DNA of 64,000 nucleotides, taken from contig JAKLIQ010000002.1 of NCBI GenBank assembly GCA_022709525.1, positions 64,984 to 128,983 of the forward strand, written 5' to 3'. Of this stretch, positions 28,889 to 39,321 are shown one piece after another; positions within the stretch are counted from its first letter, which is position 1; every line of letters starts with the position of its first letter. This DNA comes from Candidatus Omnitrophota bacterium (GTDB lineage: Bacteria > Omnitrophota > Omnitrophia > Omnitrophales > Aquincolibacteriaceae). Below the pieces are notes generated by a model. That model did not search any database. It saw only the letters and a list, made by a program, of their open reading frames with translations, and had not been told where the DNA came from. Both the position numbers and the translations under genes were made by a program.

Positions 28889-29845
28889 TTATCTCTTTTT
28901 CTTACGCTTATGCGCTTCCAGAAGAACCCGCATGCATAACTCTTCGAATCCGATCCCGATCGCGCGGGCCGCTTTCGGCAACAAACTGAATTCCGTAAGC
29001 CCGGGGATGCTGTTGACTTCGAGCACATACGGCCGGTTTCTCCGGTCCAGCATCACATCCACCCTGGAAAACCCCCGAAGCCCCAACCCGCGATAAACGC
29101 GGTACGCGATCTTTTGGACCTTTTGGGCGACCCGGGCGGGAATGCGCGCCGGCACCTCATAAACCGTCATCCCTTTGGTGTATTTCGCTTTGTAATCATA
29201 AAAAGGGCGGGACGGTTTCACTTCCACCACGGGAAGCTTCAGATCCCCTAAAAGGCCGGCCGTCAATTCCCTGCCGACGATCTTTTTTTCGATCAAAACC
29301 TTGCCGAATCTTAAAACAGACCGTCTTAGTTTTTCGGCTGATTTCCGAAAATCTTCAACCAGGAAAACGCCCTGGCTTGATCCGCCGTCAAGCGGTTTGA
29401 CAAAATACGGGGCCGGGAAAGACGCGGCGCGAGAACGCCAGTTCGTTTTATCAAGGATCGCATAAGCCGGGGTCGGAACGCCGAGCGCTCTGAAATATTG
29501 CTTGCTGATATGTTTGTTGAAACTTTTTCTGCAAGCCGCCGAGGACGCGCCGGTAAAAAGGATCCCTTTCCGTTCCAGCGCTTTTTGAAGCGCACCGTCT
29601 TCCCCTCCTTTTCCGTGAAGGGCGATGAAAAGAATATCCGCAGCGCGGATCTTTTGAGAGAAAGCGCGGCGATCGGCAGGATCGACCGGAAAGGCCGCAA
29701 TGCCGACGCGTTTGAGCGCGCGGGTCACGGCCCTCCCCGAGCGGAGCGAGATGCGCCGTTCGGCCGACAGCCCGCCGCGCACCACGCCTACTTTTTTTGC
29801 CTGTAACAGATCGCGATCCGATCTTGAGATCGATCCCGTTCGCAT
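28889..29845 (-). CDS. ddl: D-alanine--D-alanine ligase
   Basis: 318 aa; ATP-grasp; KKVGVVRGGLSAERRISLRSG N-terminus, C-terminal EVNSIPGLT motif. Confidence 0.9.
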   Translation of the reverse strand: MRTGSISRSDRDLLQAKKVGVVRGGLSAERRISLRSGRAVTRALKRVGIAAFPVDPADRRAFSQKIRAADILFIALHGKGGEDGALQKALERKGILFTGASSAACRKSFNKHISKQYFRALGVPTPAYAILDKTNWRSRAASFPAPYFVKPLDGGSSQGVFLVEDFRKSAEKLRRSVLRFGKVLIEKKIVGRELTAGLLGDLKLPVVEVKPSRPFYDYKAKYTKGMTVYEVPARIPARVAQKVQKIAYRVYRGLGLRGFSRVDVMLDRRNRPYVLEVNSIPGLTEFSLLPKAARAIGIGFEELCMRVLLEAHKRKKKR

Positions 29846-29905
29846 GAAAAACCGCTTTCTACTGATCCTATGAACTTTTAAAGATCCTCCGGCCCGAGGG
29901 GAGCG

Positions 29906-31306
29906 TTACGCCGAAGGACAAACATCGAGACTGTGGACGAATTCACTGGCGATCTCCCCAATATCCCCCGCCCCCATGAAGATCATCACGCCATCCTTGA
30001 GCGGATGCTCCGAAAGATAAGGAAGGATCTGCTCCTTACGGACAACGGAAACGTGCGGGTGCCCGGCTTTCAAGACCTCCTGGTAGACCCAATCCACATT
30101 GATCCCGTCGGGATTGGGCTCGCCGGCGCTATAGATATCGGTCAGAACGACTTCCTGAGCGTCATCAAAGGCATGCGCGAACTCCCGATAGAGATTCTTG
30201 GTGCGGCTGAAACGATGCGGCTGAAAAATAACCCGCACATACTTCCCTCCCTCACGGAGAGCGCGGAGCACCGCCTTGACCTCGGTCGGGTGATGCGCGT
30301 AATCATCAAGAACAAGATACTGCGAAGTTTGCCCCTTCAGTTCCATCCGGCGGCGCGTCCCCTTGAAGGTCGCCAGCGCTTCGCAGACCGGTTCCAGATC
30401 GAACCCAAGATGAAGCAGGATGGAAAGCGTCGCGAGAGCGTTGGCGATATTGTGACGTCCCGGCACGGATAGTTTCATATGCGCGCTGTAAAGACCGGAT
30501 TCATAGAGATCGAATTCGGAGGTAAAGGCATGGAAGCGGATATTCTGGGCGGAATAAAAGCATTCCTCGGAGAAACCAAAGTTCACGGAAGGCTTCCCGC
30601 TTTCCCGCACAAGCATCCGCAGCGTCGGGTCATCGCCCCAGTAGGAAACAAGGCCCGGATCATGGACCTGTTCCAGAAAGCGGCGAAAGGAATCGGTTAA
30701 ATTCTCCCAGGAACCATAGTGGTCCAAATGCTCCGGCTCAAGATTCGTGATGATTGAATAATGGGGCGCGTAGAACTCGTGCGAACTGTCGCTTTCATCC
30801 ACCTCGCTGACCCAATAGTCATGGCCGCCCGCGACGATATTCGTATCGTAATTCAGCATCTCGCTTCCCACAAAGCAGGTCGGATTGGCGCCGATCCTGG
30901 AAAGAACGTGGGAGACCATGGCGGAAGTCGTGGTCTTGCCGTGGGTCCCGAGGATCCCGATCGAGGTTTCCGCGTGATTGAAAAGCGACGCCAGCACCTC
31001 GGCGCGGTGATAAACTTTGCGGCCGAGCTTGCGCGCTTCTTTAAGCTCGAGATGTTCCTTTCCGATCGCGGAAGAATAAACAATAAGATCGGCATCCCCG
31101 AAATTGACGGATTTTTGGCCGATGTGAACCGGAATACCGGAGCGGCGCAATTCTTGCGTCACGCGCGTTTCCTTATGATCGGAACCGGAGACCGAAAGGC
31201 CCAAATGTTTCAGGATGCGGGCTAATCCGCTCATGCCGGAACCGCCGATCCCGATCAGATAGGCCGCCCGGCTGCCACGGATGAGGTTATCGTTGATGGT
31301 CTTCAT
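29906..31306 (-). CDS. murC: UDP-N-acetylmuramate--L-alanine ligase
   Basis: 466 aa; IGIGGSGMSGLA and GTHGKTTT Mur ligase motifs. Confidence 0.9.
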   Translation of the reverse strand: MKTINDNLIRGSRAAYLIGIGGSGMSGLARILKHLGLSVSGSDHKETRVTQELRRSGIPVHIGQKSVNFGDADLIVYSSAIGKEHLELKEARKLGRKVYHRAEVLASLFNHAETSIGILGTHGKTTTSAMVSHVLSRIGANPTCFVGSEMLNYDTNIVAGGHDYWVSEVDESDSSHEFYAPHYSIITNLEPEHLDHYGSWENLTDSFRRFLEQVHDPGLVSYWGDDPTLRMLVRESGKPSVNFGFSEECFYSAQNIRFHAFTSEFDLYESGLYSAHMKLSVPGRHNIANALATLSILLHLGFDLEPVCEALATFKGTRRRMELKGQTSQYLVLDDYAHHPTEVKAVLRALREGGKYVRVIFQPHRFSRTKNLYREFAHAFDDAQEVVLTDIYSAGEPNPDGINVDWVYQEVLKAGHPHVSVVRKEQILPYLSEHPLKDGVMIFMGAGDIGEIASEFVHSLDVCPSA

Positions 31307-32441
31307 GTGATTCGATCAAGTCCTGAGCGATCTTAACAAGCTTGCTCGCGGCGTCCGGTTTCGCGAGCGCTTTTATTTTTTCGGCAAAACCGCTTAACTG
31401 CCCCGGATCCTCGATATAATTTTTTAAATGTCCTGCAAGCCAATCTTTCGCCGCTGGGTCTTCCTCGTGAAAAGCAAGCCCGCCTTTTTCGGCGAAACTT
31501 TCGGCGTTATACCGCTGATGGCCCCCGGCGTGCGGGTAAGGAATCACAAGCGCCGGAAGACCGAATGCCGCCAACTCAAAGAGCGTATTCGCGCCGGCCC
31601 GGGTGATCGCGAGATCGACCCGCCCGAAAAGTTCAGCCATAGCACTGTAAAAAACGTGGACTTCGTTCGGAACAGAAGCGCGTTCATAGGACTCCAACAC
31701 GCGGTTCTGATCGTGCTTTCCCGCAATATGAATAACGGCAATTTTGGCCTTTTCTTCATCTGACAAACCCGTGATGGCGCCTGTTACGATCTTGTTGAGC
31801 CCTTGGGCTCCCTGCGAACCGCCGACTACAAGGATCGTAAAAGGCCGCGGCGCCGGATGGGCCGGTTTTTGGGAAATTCCCTCCAGAATGAAAGCGCGGA
31901 GCGGCAACCCCGTCGTGTAAAGCGCTTTGGGCTTTTTGAGGAACCGGGTCTCCTCAAAACTTTCGGCGACGGCGTCCATATGAGGCGCGAGCCAATGAGT
32001 CGCTTTCCCGGGCACCTTGTTCTGTTCATGGATGAGGGTCGGGATGCCGAGCCAATGCGCCATCATCATCCCGGGGTAAGAAACGAAACTCCCGAACCCA
32101 ACACAAAGATCCGGCCTGAATTTTTTTAAGAAAAAAAATTGCTGGATAAAAAGATAAGGAACGAGCCAGAGGAGTTTCAGCGAACGCCAGGAAAAAACGC
32201 GGGAAAAACCGAATTCGGGGAAATAAGCTGCGGTATGGAAGATCCCCGGCGGCATTTTGTCGACAAGAGGCCGCGCTCGATGGCATGTAACAAAATGGAT
32301 CCCGGAATCCGGAAATCGTTTCCGGAAGCTTTCGGCAAAAGACTGGGCCGGAAAGACATGACCTCCCGTAGGGCCCGCGTAAACCACAAGGCGTTTTGAA
32401 GGTCCAAGGGTTCGGGATGATCGTTCCGGATGGACATCCAT
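31287..32441 (-). CDS. murG: Undecaprenyldiphospho-muramoylpentapeptide beta-N-acetylglucosaminyltransferase
   Basis: 384 aa; GT28 pattern (GGTGGHVFPA, C-terminal GGHQRYNAESFAEKGGL). Confidence 0.9.
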   Translation of the reverse strand: MDVHPERSSRTLGPSKRLVVYAGPTGGHVFPAQSFAESFRKRFPDSGIHFVTCHRARPLVDKMPPGIFHTAAYFPEFGFSRVFSWRSLKLLWLVPYLFIQQFFFLKKFRPDLCVGFGSFVSYPGMMMAHWLGIPTLIHEQNKVPGKATHWLAPHMDAVAESFEETRFLKKPKALYTTGLPLRAFILEGISQKPAHPAPRPFTILVVGGSQGAQGLNKIVTGAITGLSDEEKAKIAVIHIAGKHDQNRVLESYERASVPNEVHVFYSAMAELFGRVDLAITRAGANTLFELAAFGLPALVIPYPHAGGHQRYNAESFAEKGGLAFHEEDPAAKDWLAGHLKNYIEDPGQLSGFAEKIKALAKPDAASKLVKIAQDLIESHEDHQR

Positions 32442-32442
32442 A

Positions 32443-33546
32443 TCAGGAGCTGCGGCTCTTGCGGCGATCGACGGCCATCAGGATCCCGACCGCGATAAGA
32501 TTCGCCACGATTGAACTTCCTCCGTAGCTGATGAAAGGCAGCGGCAACCCTTTGGTCGGGACAAGACCCGTCGCGACCATCATGTGGATCACAGTCTGGA
32601 GGATGATGAGCAGTGTGATCGAGGTGATCAAAAGTTTTTCAAAGGGCCGCTGTTCGCGGCGCGCCATCTGAATACAACAAATGAAAAAAACCACATAAAG
32701 CGCGATCACGAACAAAATGCCGATCAGCCCGAGCTCTTCGCCGATCACGGCCAGGATGAAATCATTATGGCTTGACGGAAGGTAGAAAAGTTTCTGCGTG
32801 CTCTGCCCCAGCCCGACCCCGTGAATGCCGCCTGAGGCGAACGCCAAAAAGGACTGGATGATCTGGAAACCCGAACCTTGGGGGTCTTCCCAGGGGTTGA
32901 GGTAGGCCTCAAGACGGCTTAAACGGTATGGGACCCGGATGATCAAAAAATAAAGGGCCGGCAAAAGAATCGCCAGCGCGCCGAACACGTACCTCAATTG
33001 GAGCCCCGCCACGAAAAAAATGATCGAAGTGGTCATAACGATGAAAGCCACAGAACCGAGATCCGGCTCCAGGAGCGTCAAAACACAAACAATCCCGATC
33101 AGGATGAGCGGCGGGAGGAACACGAGAGCATCGCCTTTTTGGACCCACGCGATCTTCCTTCCGAGATAATCCGCCAGGTAAATACAGCAGGCAAGTTTCG
33201 CGAACTCCACCGGCTGGAACTGGAATCCCCCGATATGGATCCATCGGCGGGCGCCGCCCGCCGAGTGCCCGATCACGGGAAGATAGACCGTCATAAGGAG
33301 CATGATGGCAAGGAGCATGAACGCGCGCGCGTAATTTTTGTAGAATTGGGTCGAAAGCGAGGCCGCGATAAAAAACCCGACGGTTCCGATCAGGACATAA
33401 ATGCTCTGACGGAAAAGGAAGAAAGTTTCGTTATCGTAACGGTCATGGGCCATGACGCCGCTCGCGCTATAGATCATGACGATCCCGATCCCGACCAACA
33501 AATAAGTAACGATGAAGATCAGGCGCGCTTCTTTGGACATGGTCAT
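32443..33546 (-). CDS. ftsW: Peptidoglycan glycosyltransferase FtsW (SEDS family)
   Basis: 367 aa; ~10 TMs; SEDS motifs (PDLGSVAFI, LPFISYGGSS); between murD and murG. Confidence 0.85.
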   Translation of the reverse strand: MTMSKEARLIFIVTYLLVGIGIVMIYSASGVMAHDRYDNETFFLFRQSIYVLIGTVGFFIAASLSTQFYKNYARAFMLLAIMLLMTVYLPVIGHSAGGARRWIHIGGFQFQPVEFAKLACCIYLADYLGRKIAWVQKGDALVFLPPLILIGIVCVLTLLEPDLGSVAFIVMTTSIIFFVAGLQLRYVFGALAILLPALYFLIIRVPYRLSRLEAYLNPWEDPQGSGFQIIQSFLAFASGGIHGVGLGQSTQKLFYLPSSHNDFILAVIGEELGLIGILFVIALYVVFFICCIQMARREQRPFEKLLITSITLLIILQTVIHMMVATGLVPTKGLPLPFISYGGSSIVANLIAVGILMAVDRRKSRSS

Positions 33547-34823
33547 TTCCTCGCGACTTCGGAACGCAATCTTTGACGGATCAATGCCTTGAAAAGATCC
33601 CCGCGTTCCTGGTAATTCTTGAACATATCGAAACTGGCGCAGGCCGGCGAAAGAAGCACCGTATCCCCGCGATGCGCTTTTTCGGTCCCTAAGCGAGAAG
33701 CATCCTCAAGACTTTGTGCCTCGAGCATCTCGACCGCCCCTTGCCAGGCCTCTCTCATAAGCGGCCGCGCAGCGCCGATCAGGATCGCGCAACGGACCTT
33801 GCGGCGGATGATATCCCGAAGGGTCATGAAATCCTTCACATCGGTTTTATATTTACCGCCGCAAATGAGAATAACGGATCTGTCGCTGAATTTCTCAAGC
33901 GCCCAGGCAAGCGAGGCGGTTGTGGTGGCTTTGGAGTCATTGATAAAAATAACGCCGTCTTTTTCTTCGAATTTTTCAAGCCGGTGTTCGAGCCCTCCGA
34001 ATTCGGAAACGGCTTTTTGAACGGCCGAGGCGGGATAGCCCAAAGCTTCAGCCACGCAAAGAAGGGCGGCTTCATTCGGATTGGACGCCGGGCGCTGATC
34101 AAAATAAACCCGTTTTGCGGCCGTACGGAAATCGGGGAAAAGCCTTGTTTCGTCCTCCTTGCGGCAGATCATGATATTCGCCGGTTTCATCCAACGGAAA
34201 AGATTAAGCTTCGCTTGGACATATTCGTTCATGTCAGCATGCCAGTCCATATGGTTCGGGTAAGCGTTCAGAAGGAGGCCGATCGAGGGAGCAAAGCTCG
34301 CGCAGTGCATCAGCTGGAAGGAACTTACCTCAAGCGCCACAACGGTCTCAGGCCTGATCTTCGGAAGCTCTCCGATCCATGGATTTCCGATATTCCCGCA
34401 AAGGACCGCCGGGCAGCCATTTGCCTGAACGATCCTGGAGATCAGGGTGGCGGTCGTTGTTTTACCGCAGGATCCCGTTACCGCGATCACTGTTTTGGCC
34501 GGCGAGAACCAGCTCGCAACTTCGATCTCGCTATAAACGGGCTTTTGTTTTGCGCGGATCTTCCGGAAGATCTCCGAGTTTGGCGGAATGCCCGGAGAGA
34601 TCAGGATCCAGTCGGCCGCGAGGATCTCGTCAAAAGAATGTTTGCCGCATTCGGCCCGGATCCCCTGCCGGGAGAGTTTTGCCAGGTTGGCTCGAATCTC
34701 CTGGGAATCGGCAAGATCGGAAGCGAATACCTTATATCCTTTTTCGTGGAGAAAAAAAGCGCTCAAAGTTCCGGTGTCCCGTAATCCCAGGATCGCAACC
34801 TTGGTCCCCGAAGCCGGCTTCAT
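33543..34823 (-). CDS. murD: UDP-N-acetylmuramoylalanine--D-glutamate ligase
   Basis: 426 aa; GSCGKTTT, Mur ligase central and C-terminal domains. Confidence 0.9.
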   Translation of the reverse strand: MKPASGTKVAILGLRDTGTLSAFFLHEKGYKVFASDLADSQEIRANLAKLSRQGIRAECGKHSFDEILAADWILISPGIPPNSEIFRKIRAKQKPVYSEIEVASWFSPAKTVIAVTGSCGKTTTATLISRIVQANGCPAVLCGNIGNPWIGELPKIRPETVVALEVSSFQLMHCASFAPSIGLLLNAYPNHMDWHADMNEYVQAKLNLFRWMKPANIMICRKEDETRLFPDFRTAAKRVYFDQRPASNPNEAALLCVAEALGYPASAVQKAVSEFGGLEHRLEKFEEKDGVIFINDSKATTTASLAWALEKFSDRSVILICGGKYKTDVKDFMTLRDIIRRKVRCAILIGAARPLMREAWQGAVEMLEAQSLEDASRLGTEKAHRGDTVLLSPACASFDMFKNYQERGDLFKALIRQRLRSEVARK

Positions 34824-34824
34824 C

Positions 34825-35910
34825 TTAGCGCACCTTCAGGGTGCTAAGACCCACGATCGCAAGGATGAATGCGATGATCCAAAGACGCACGGTAATTTTG
34901 GATTCCGGCCATCCTTTGCGCTGGAGGTGATGATGAAAAGGCGACATAAGAAAGATCCGTTTTTTCCAAAGCTTGAAGCTGGCAACCTGAAGGATGACCG
35001 AAAGCGCCTCCCAAACGAAGATCCCCCCGACGATCACAAGCACCAGTTCTTTTTTTGTAAGCACCGCGATAGCGCCAAGCGCGCCGCCGAGCGAAAGCGA
35101 ACCGGTATCTCCCATGAAAACCTCGGCCGGATAAGAATTGAACCAAAGAAATCCCGCGCTTGCGCCTGCCAGCGCCGCGCAGAACACGGTCACTTCTCCG
35201 GCCTCCGGGATATGCGGGATCGCAAGATAGCCCGCAAAATCAAAATGACCCGTCACATACGTGATCAAGGCAAATGCGGTGGTCGTAAAAAGCGTGCATC
35301 CGATCGCGAGACCGTCCAGGCCGTCGGTGAGGTTAAGGGCGTTAGACGCTCCCGTAAGGACAAGGATCACCCAAGGGATAAAAAGGATCCCGAGGTAAAA
35401 AACGCCTTTTTTGAGGAGCGGCATATAAAGCCATTTATCGAAGGTAGGGTCGCAATAAAGATAAATGCCGATCGCAAGCCCCATCAGCACCTGGCCGAGC
35501 AATTTCGTCAAGGAACTCAAACCCTCGGAGCTTTTCGAGCGCATCTTGATCCAGTCGTCCAGAAAACCGACAAGCCCGAACCACAGCATGACCCCCATCA
35601 TCATCCACACAAAACGGTTCGTGAGGTTCCCCCACAGAAAAGTCGCTGCAACGACGCTCGCAACGATCAAGATCCCTCCCATCATGGGGACGTCTTTTTT
35701 GTGCTTAAAGTGCTCGTGGATAGTCTCGGCGTAGGCGCGTTCCTGGTTCGTGACGGCGCGCAACCGCTTCAGCCACGCGATGCAACGCGGGCCCAGCCAT
35801 AAGGACAGAAAGAACGCGGTGATGCTCGCCCCGGCGGAGCGGACCGTGATGTAGCGGAAAAGATTGAAGAGGATCGAATGATCTGAAAAAACGTGCAGGA
35901 AATAAAACAT
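34825..35910 (-). CDS. mraY: Phospho-N-acetylmuramoyl-pentapeptide-transferase
   Basis: 361 aa; 10 TM; NALNLTDGLDGLA and FMGDTGSL motifs. Confidence 0.95.
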   Translation of the reverse strand: MFYFLHVFSDHSILFNLFRYITVRSAGASITAFFLSLWLGPRCIAWLKRLRAVTNQERAYAETIHEHFKHKKDVPMMGGILIVASVVAATFLWGNLTNRFVWMMMGVMLWFGLVGFLDDWIKMRSKSSEGLSSLTKLLGQVLMGLAIGIYLYCDPTFDKWLYMPLLKKGVFYLGILFIPWVILVLTGASNALNLTDGLDGLAIGCTLFTTTAFALITYVTGHFDFAGYLAIPHIPEAGEVTVFCAALAGASAGFLWFNSYPAEVFMGDTGSLSLGGALGAIAVLTKKELVLVIVGGIFVWEALSVILQVASFKLWKKRIFLMSPFHHHLQRKGWPESKITVRLWIIAFILAIVGLSTLKVR

Positions 35911-35932
35911 GTTCTAGTCGATAACTCGAAGA

Positions 35933-37327
35933 TTATTTTTGTGATGAAAAAGTGATATTGCGAATACCTTCCAGGACCTTTTCGACGTGCATGCCCCGCG
36001 ACCCCTTGAACAAGACCAGGTCTCCCGGTCTTAGCGCTTCCTTAAGCGCGGCAAGGGTCTCTTCGGCGTCTGTAAAATGCCGCGCTTCAAGGCCGCAAAT
36101 GGCATCGACGCTGATTCGAGCCAACGGGCCATATGCGAAAGCCATGTCCGCGCCGGATACCGCGATCCGTTCGCCCAACTCGCGGTGGAAATCTTTTTCG
36201 CCCGCTCCCAATTCGAGCATATCGGCGAAGACCACGATCTTTTTCCCGGCAACCGTAAGCGACCGTAAGGCCTTCAGCGCATTTTCAAACGAAACGGGAT
36301 TAGCGTTATAGCTGTCGTCGATGACCCGGACACCATTGGCAAGTATTGTCTCACGAAATCTCCCCGATGCAAAGCCCACATCCGCCCATCGGGACGGGAT
36401 CTCCTCCCAGGTAAACCCGATGCTTTTTGCCATGGCGATCGCGAGCCCCGCGTTAAGGGCAAGAAAAGCCGCTTGTCCCGGAAACGAGAACCGGCGAGAA
36501 CCGGCGATCGCAAAAGAAACTTCTCCATTCCCGCTTTCTAGATCCGCAAGACGGTAATCGGCGCGATCGCTAAAACCAACGGTGATCGCTTGGCGGCTTT
36601 TTTGCCGGATCTTCTCAAGAAGATATTCGTCATCGGCCGGCACAACAAGCGGGTCGTCTTTCCCAAACGCATCAGCGAGCTCGAGCTTGGCCTTATAAAC
36701 ATTTTCAAGCGATCCGAACCCCTCAAGATGCGCGGGACCGATCGGTGTCAGGATCCCCCCGGACGGTAGGGCCAGGCCCGCAAGAGCGCGGATCTCCCCT
36801 TGATGGCTTGCCCCCATCTCCATGACCGCATACTGGTGCGAAGGTTCAAGGCGGGAAAGCATGATGGGAACGCCGAGATGATTGTTCAAATTACCTGTTG
36901 TCGCAAGCGCTGAATATTTTTGTTTTAAAAGATAAAAAAGGAATTCTTTGGTCGTAGTTTTTCCGACACTTCCCGTGATCCCGATCGTACGGACCGGGAG
37001 GGTTTTCCGGTAGGCGGCCGCGAGCGCGGTCATGGCGGCTTGAGGATCCGGAACCGGGATCAGGTTTTTGGCTTGAATCTTTCCGTCGCGAAGCTTCGAA
37101 AGGACATGTTCCCTTCGGCGAAGGTCGACCAGGGCTCCCGAAGCGCCTTTTCCGAAAGCCGCGGCCACAAACGCGTGCCCGTCGTTATTTTCCCCTTTGA
37201 ACGCGACAAAAAGATCGCCCGGCGCAAGCGTGCGGGTATCGATCGAAAAACTTCGGATCTTCAGTGAAGGATCTTCAAATTCCGGGGTAACGCGAAGAAA
37301 CCGGGCCGCTTCAAGATAAGAAAACAC
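35933..37327 (-). CDS. murF: UDP-N-acetylmuramoyl-tripeptide--D-alanyl-D-alanine ligase
   Basis: 464 aa; GITGSVGKTTTKE P-loop, Mur ligase C-terminus. Confidence 0.9.
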   Translation of the reverse strand: MFSYLEAARFLRVTPEFEDPSLKIRSFSIDTRTLAPGDLFVAFKGENNDGHAFVAAAFGKGASGALVDLRRREHVLSKLRDGKIQAKNLIPVPDPQAAMTALAAAYRKTLPVRTIGITGSVGKTTTKEFLFYLLKQKYSALATTGNLNNHLGVPIMLSRLEPSHQYAVMEMGASHQGEIRALAGLALPSGGILTPIGPAHLEGFGSLENVYKAKLELADAFGKDDPLVVPADDEYLLEKIRQKSRQAITVGFSDRADYRLADLESGNGEVSFAIAGSRRFSFPGQAAFLALNAGLAIAMAKSIGFTWEEIPSRWADVGFASGRFRETILANGVRVIDDSYNANPVSFENALKALRSLTVAGKKIVVFADMLELGAGEKDFHRELGERIAVSGADMAFAYGPLARISVDAICGLEARHFTDAEETLAALKEALRPGDLVLFKGSRGMHVEKVLEGIRNITFSSQK

Positions 37328-38813
37328 GGCTTCGTCTTTTTAATGCAGATTCAACGACGTCGCGGTCGCTGAAGGGGATCTTTCCGTCGCCAAGGATCTG
37401 GTAATCTTCGTGGCCTTTCCCGAGCACGAACACAACATCGCCGGATTTTGCGAGCGAAACGGCTTTTTCAATGGCTTCCTGGCGATCCAGGATCTCATAG
37501 ATGCTCCCGGCGGCAGGGACCGGATCGGGAAGCCCCGCACGCATATCGCGGAGGATCTCTTCGGGGTCTTCCGAGCGCGGATTATCAGAGGTCATGATGA
37601 CGGTGTCGGAATAACGGCACGCGGCGCGGGTCATAAGCGGACGTTTGCCGCGATCGCGATCGCCGCCGCAGCCGAATACGGTAATGATGCGTTTCGGATT
37701 CATCTGCTTGGCGTCATGAAGTACCTGCTCAAAGGCGTCGGGTGTGTGGGCGTAATCCACAAAAACCGTATAGTCGGTTCCCGTCCCGATACGCTCCATA
37801 CGACCGGGGATCGCGGGGATCTCTTCGAGCGCTCCGCGGAAATCTTCTAAGTCAAATCCGAGCAGATCAAGCGAGCTTAAGATCGCGAGGGCATTAGAAA
37901 CATTATAGCGCATCGGCAGACGGATCTGGAACGGTAAGACCTGGTCCCGGCAACACATCGCAAAGCGGCTGCCCTGGAAGCTCATTTGAAGATCTTTGGC
38001 GTAATAATCCGCCTCCCCGAGCACGCTGAATGTCCTGGCCTTCGGCAATTCTTCGATCAGCCGTCGGCCGTAAAGGCAATCCTTGTTGAAAAGCATCCTT
38101 CTCGGGGGGAGATATCCGGTAAAGAAGCTCCGCTTGGTCTGGAAATACTCTTCCATGCTGTGATGGAAATCGAGGTGGTCCTGCGTCAGTTGGGTAAAGA
38201 CCCCAAGCTCGAATTCGAGGCCATGGACCCGCTTCTGGCTGATCGCATGCGAGGACACTTCCATCACGCAGTACTGCACGCCTTCCTGCTGCATCTGGGA
38301 AAGCATCGGGATAAGGACCTCGGGGCCCGGTGTCGTGTTGATCGAATTAACTTTTCCGGACGGGAGTTCATACCAAAGCGTTCCGATATAAGCGGTCGGG
38401 AATTTTTCCCGCAGGAGGCGGTGTAAAAGATAGGTCGTGGTCGTCTTACCGTTCGTGCCGGTCACACCCACGAGCTTGATCTTCCGGTCCGGGTTGTCAT
38501 AAAAACGCTTCAGGATCACGGCAAGCGCGGCTTTAGCATCGGGAACGCGGACCCCGGTCACGTGCGGCGGAAGCGTGATCTCCGGTTCTTTCTCAAAAAC
38601 CACCACGGAGGCCTTGGCGTAGATGGCCTGCCCGATAAAATCGCAGCCATCCATGCGCGTCCCGGGGCATGCCACGAAAATATCGCCCGGTCCGACCGTG
38701 CGGGAATCGGATGTTACCTTGTTAAAAACGCGCTTGGGATCCCAATGGTGTTTTTCGAGGACCGGAACGCCCTTGAACAGATCATCAAGATGTTTTCGCA
38801 TAGATCGGAACAC
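37311..38813 (-). CDS. murE: UDP-N-acetylmuramoyl-L-alanyl-D-glutamate--2,6-diaminopimelate ligase
   Basis: 500 aa; GVTGTNGKTTT, and DNPR motif (meso-DAP specificity). Confidence 0.9.
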   Translation of the reverse strand: MFRSMRKHLDDLFKGVPVLEKHHWDPKRVFNKVTSDSRTVGPGDIFVACPGTRMDGCDFIGQAIYAKASVVVFEKEPEITLPPHVTGVRVPDAKAALAVILKRFYDNPDRKIKLVGVTGTNGKTTTTYLLHRLLREKFPTAYIGTLWYELPSGKVNSINTTPGPEVLIPMLSQMQQEGVQYCVMEVSSHAISQKRVHGLEFELGVFTQLTQDHLDFHHSMEEYFQTKRSFFTGYLPPRRMLFNKDCLYGRRLIEELPKARTFSVLGEADYYAKDLQMSFQGSRFAMCCRDQVLPFQIRLPMRYNVSNALAILSSLDLLGFDLEDFRGALEEIPAIPGRMERIGTGTDYTVFVDYAHTPDAFEQVLHDAKQMNPKRIITVFGCGGDRDRGKRPLMTRAACRYSDTVIMTSDNPRSEDPEEILRDMRAGLPDPVPAAGSIYEILDRQEAIEKAVSLAKSGDVVFVLGKGHEDYQILGDGKIPFSDRDVVESALKRRSRVFLS

Positions 38814-38814
38814 C

Positions 38815-39321
38815 TTACGCTTTCGGGGTTATTCCCTTATCGGCATTTTTCAGGGAAAACTGAAAACTCGGCGAACGCACTTCCACCTCATTGATGCCGG
38901 CAAGCCCGCGCCGCCCCAGAATAATGTCGGCGATCAGATAATCCACTGTCACACGCTCGATCCCCTGCTGCTCGGCCCAGCTGCCGATGAATTGGATCTT
39001 GCTGCCCTTGCTTTTCAGGATGATCCGGATACCGCGCCGTGAGATCAAGGTCAAGGGATCAAAGGTAACTTTGAAATTCCCTTCCACGAGGCGCACTCGG
39101 TCTTCCCAGGTAAAACTCCCCTGCTTCACTTTAAAAGAAGGGATAAAGATATAAGGAACGTATTTTCCTTCCATCCGGATTTTAAGACGCGCCTGAAGCT
39201 CATGATAAACCCAGAAATTCAAACCAAGCGACACCGCGCTCAGGCAAAGAAAAACCGCCAAAACAAGCGCAACGTGCTTCAAAACTTTTTTAGGAAACTT
39301 CTGATGATCCCGCCAACTCAT
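38815..39321 (-). CDS. Hypothetical membrane-anchored protein (N-terminal TM + beta-rich periplasmic domain)
   Basis: 168 aa; TM (VALVLAVFLCLSAVSLGLNFWV); sits where ftsL/ftsI normally lie upstream of murE; 2 nt from murE start. Confidence 0.5.
   Translation of the reverse strand: MSWRDHQKFPKKVLKHVALVLAVFLCLSAVSLGLNFWVYHELQARLKIRMEGKYVPYIFIPSFKVKQGSFTWEDRVRLVEGNFKVTFDPLTLISRRGIRIILKSKGSKIQFIGSWAEQQGIERVTVDYLIADIILGRRGLAGINEVEVRSPSFQFSLKNADKGITPKA

Noticed and set aside
38815-39321. 168 aa membrane protein upstream of murE considered as a divergent FtsL
   Set aside because: Too long. No leucine-zipper or coiled-coil periplasmic region. The beta-rich C-terminal domain is unlike FtsL. Kept as hypothetical.
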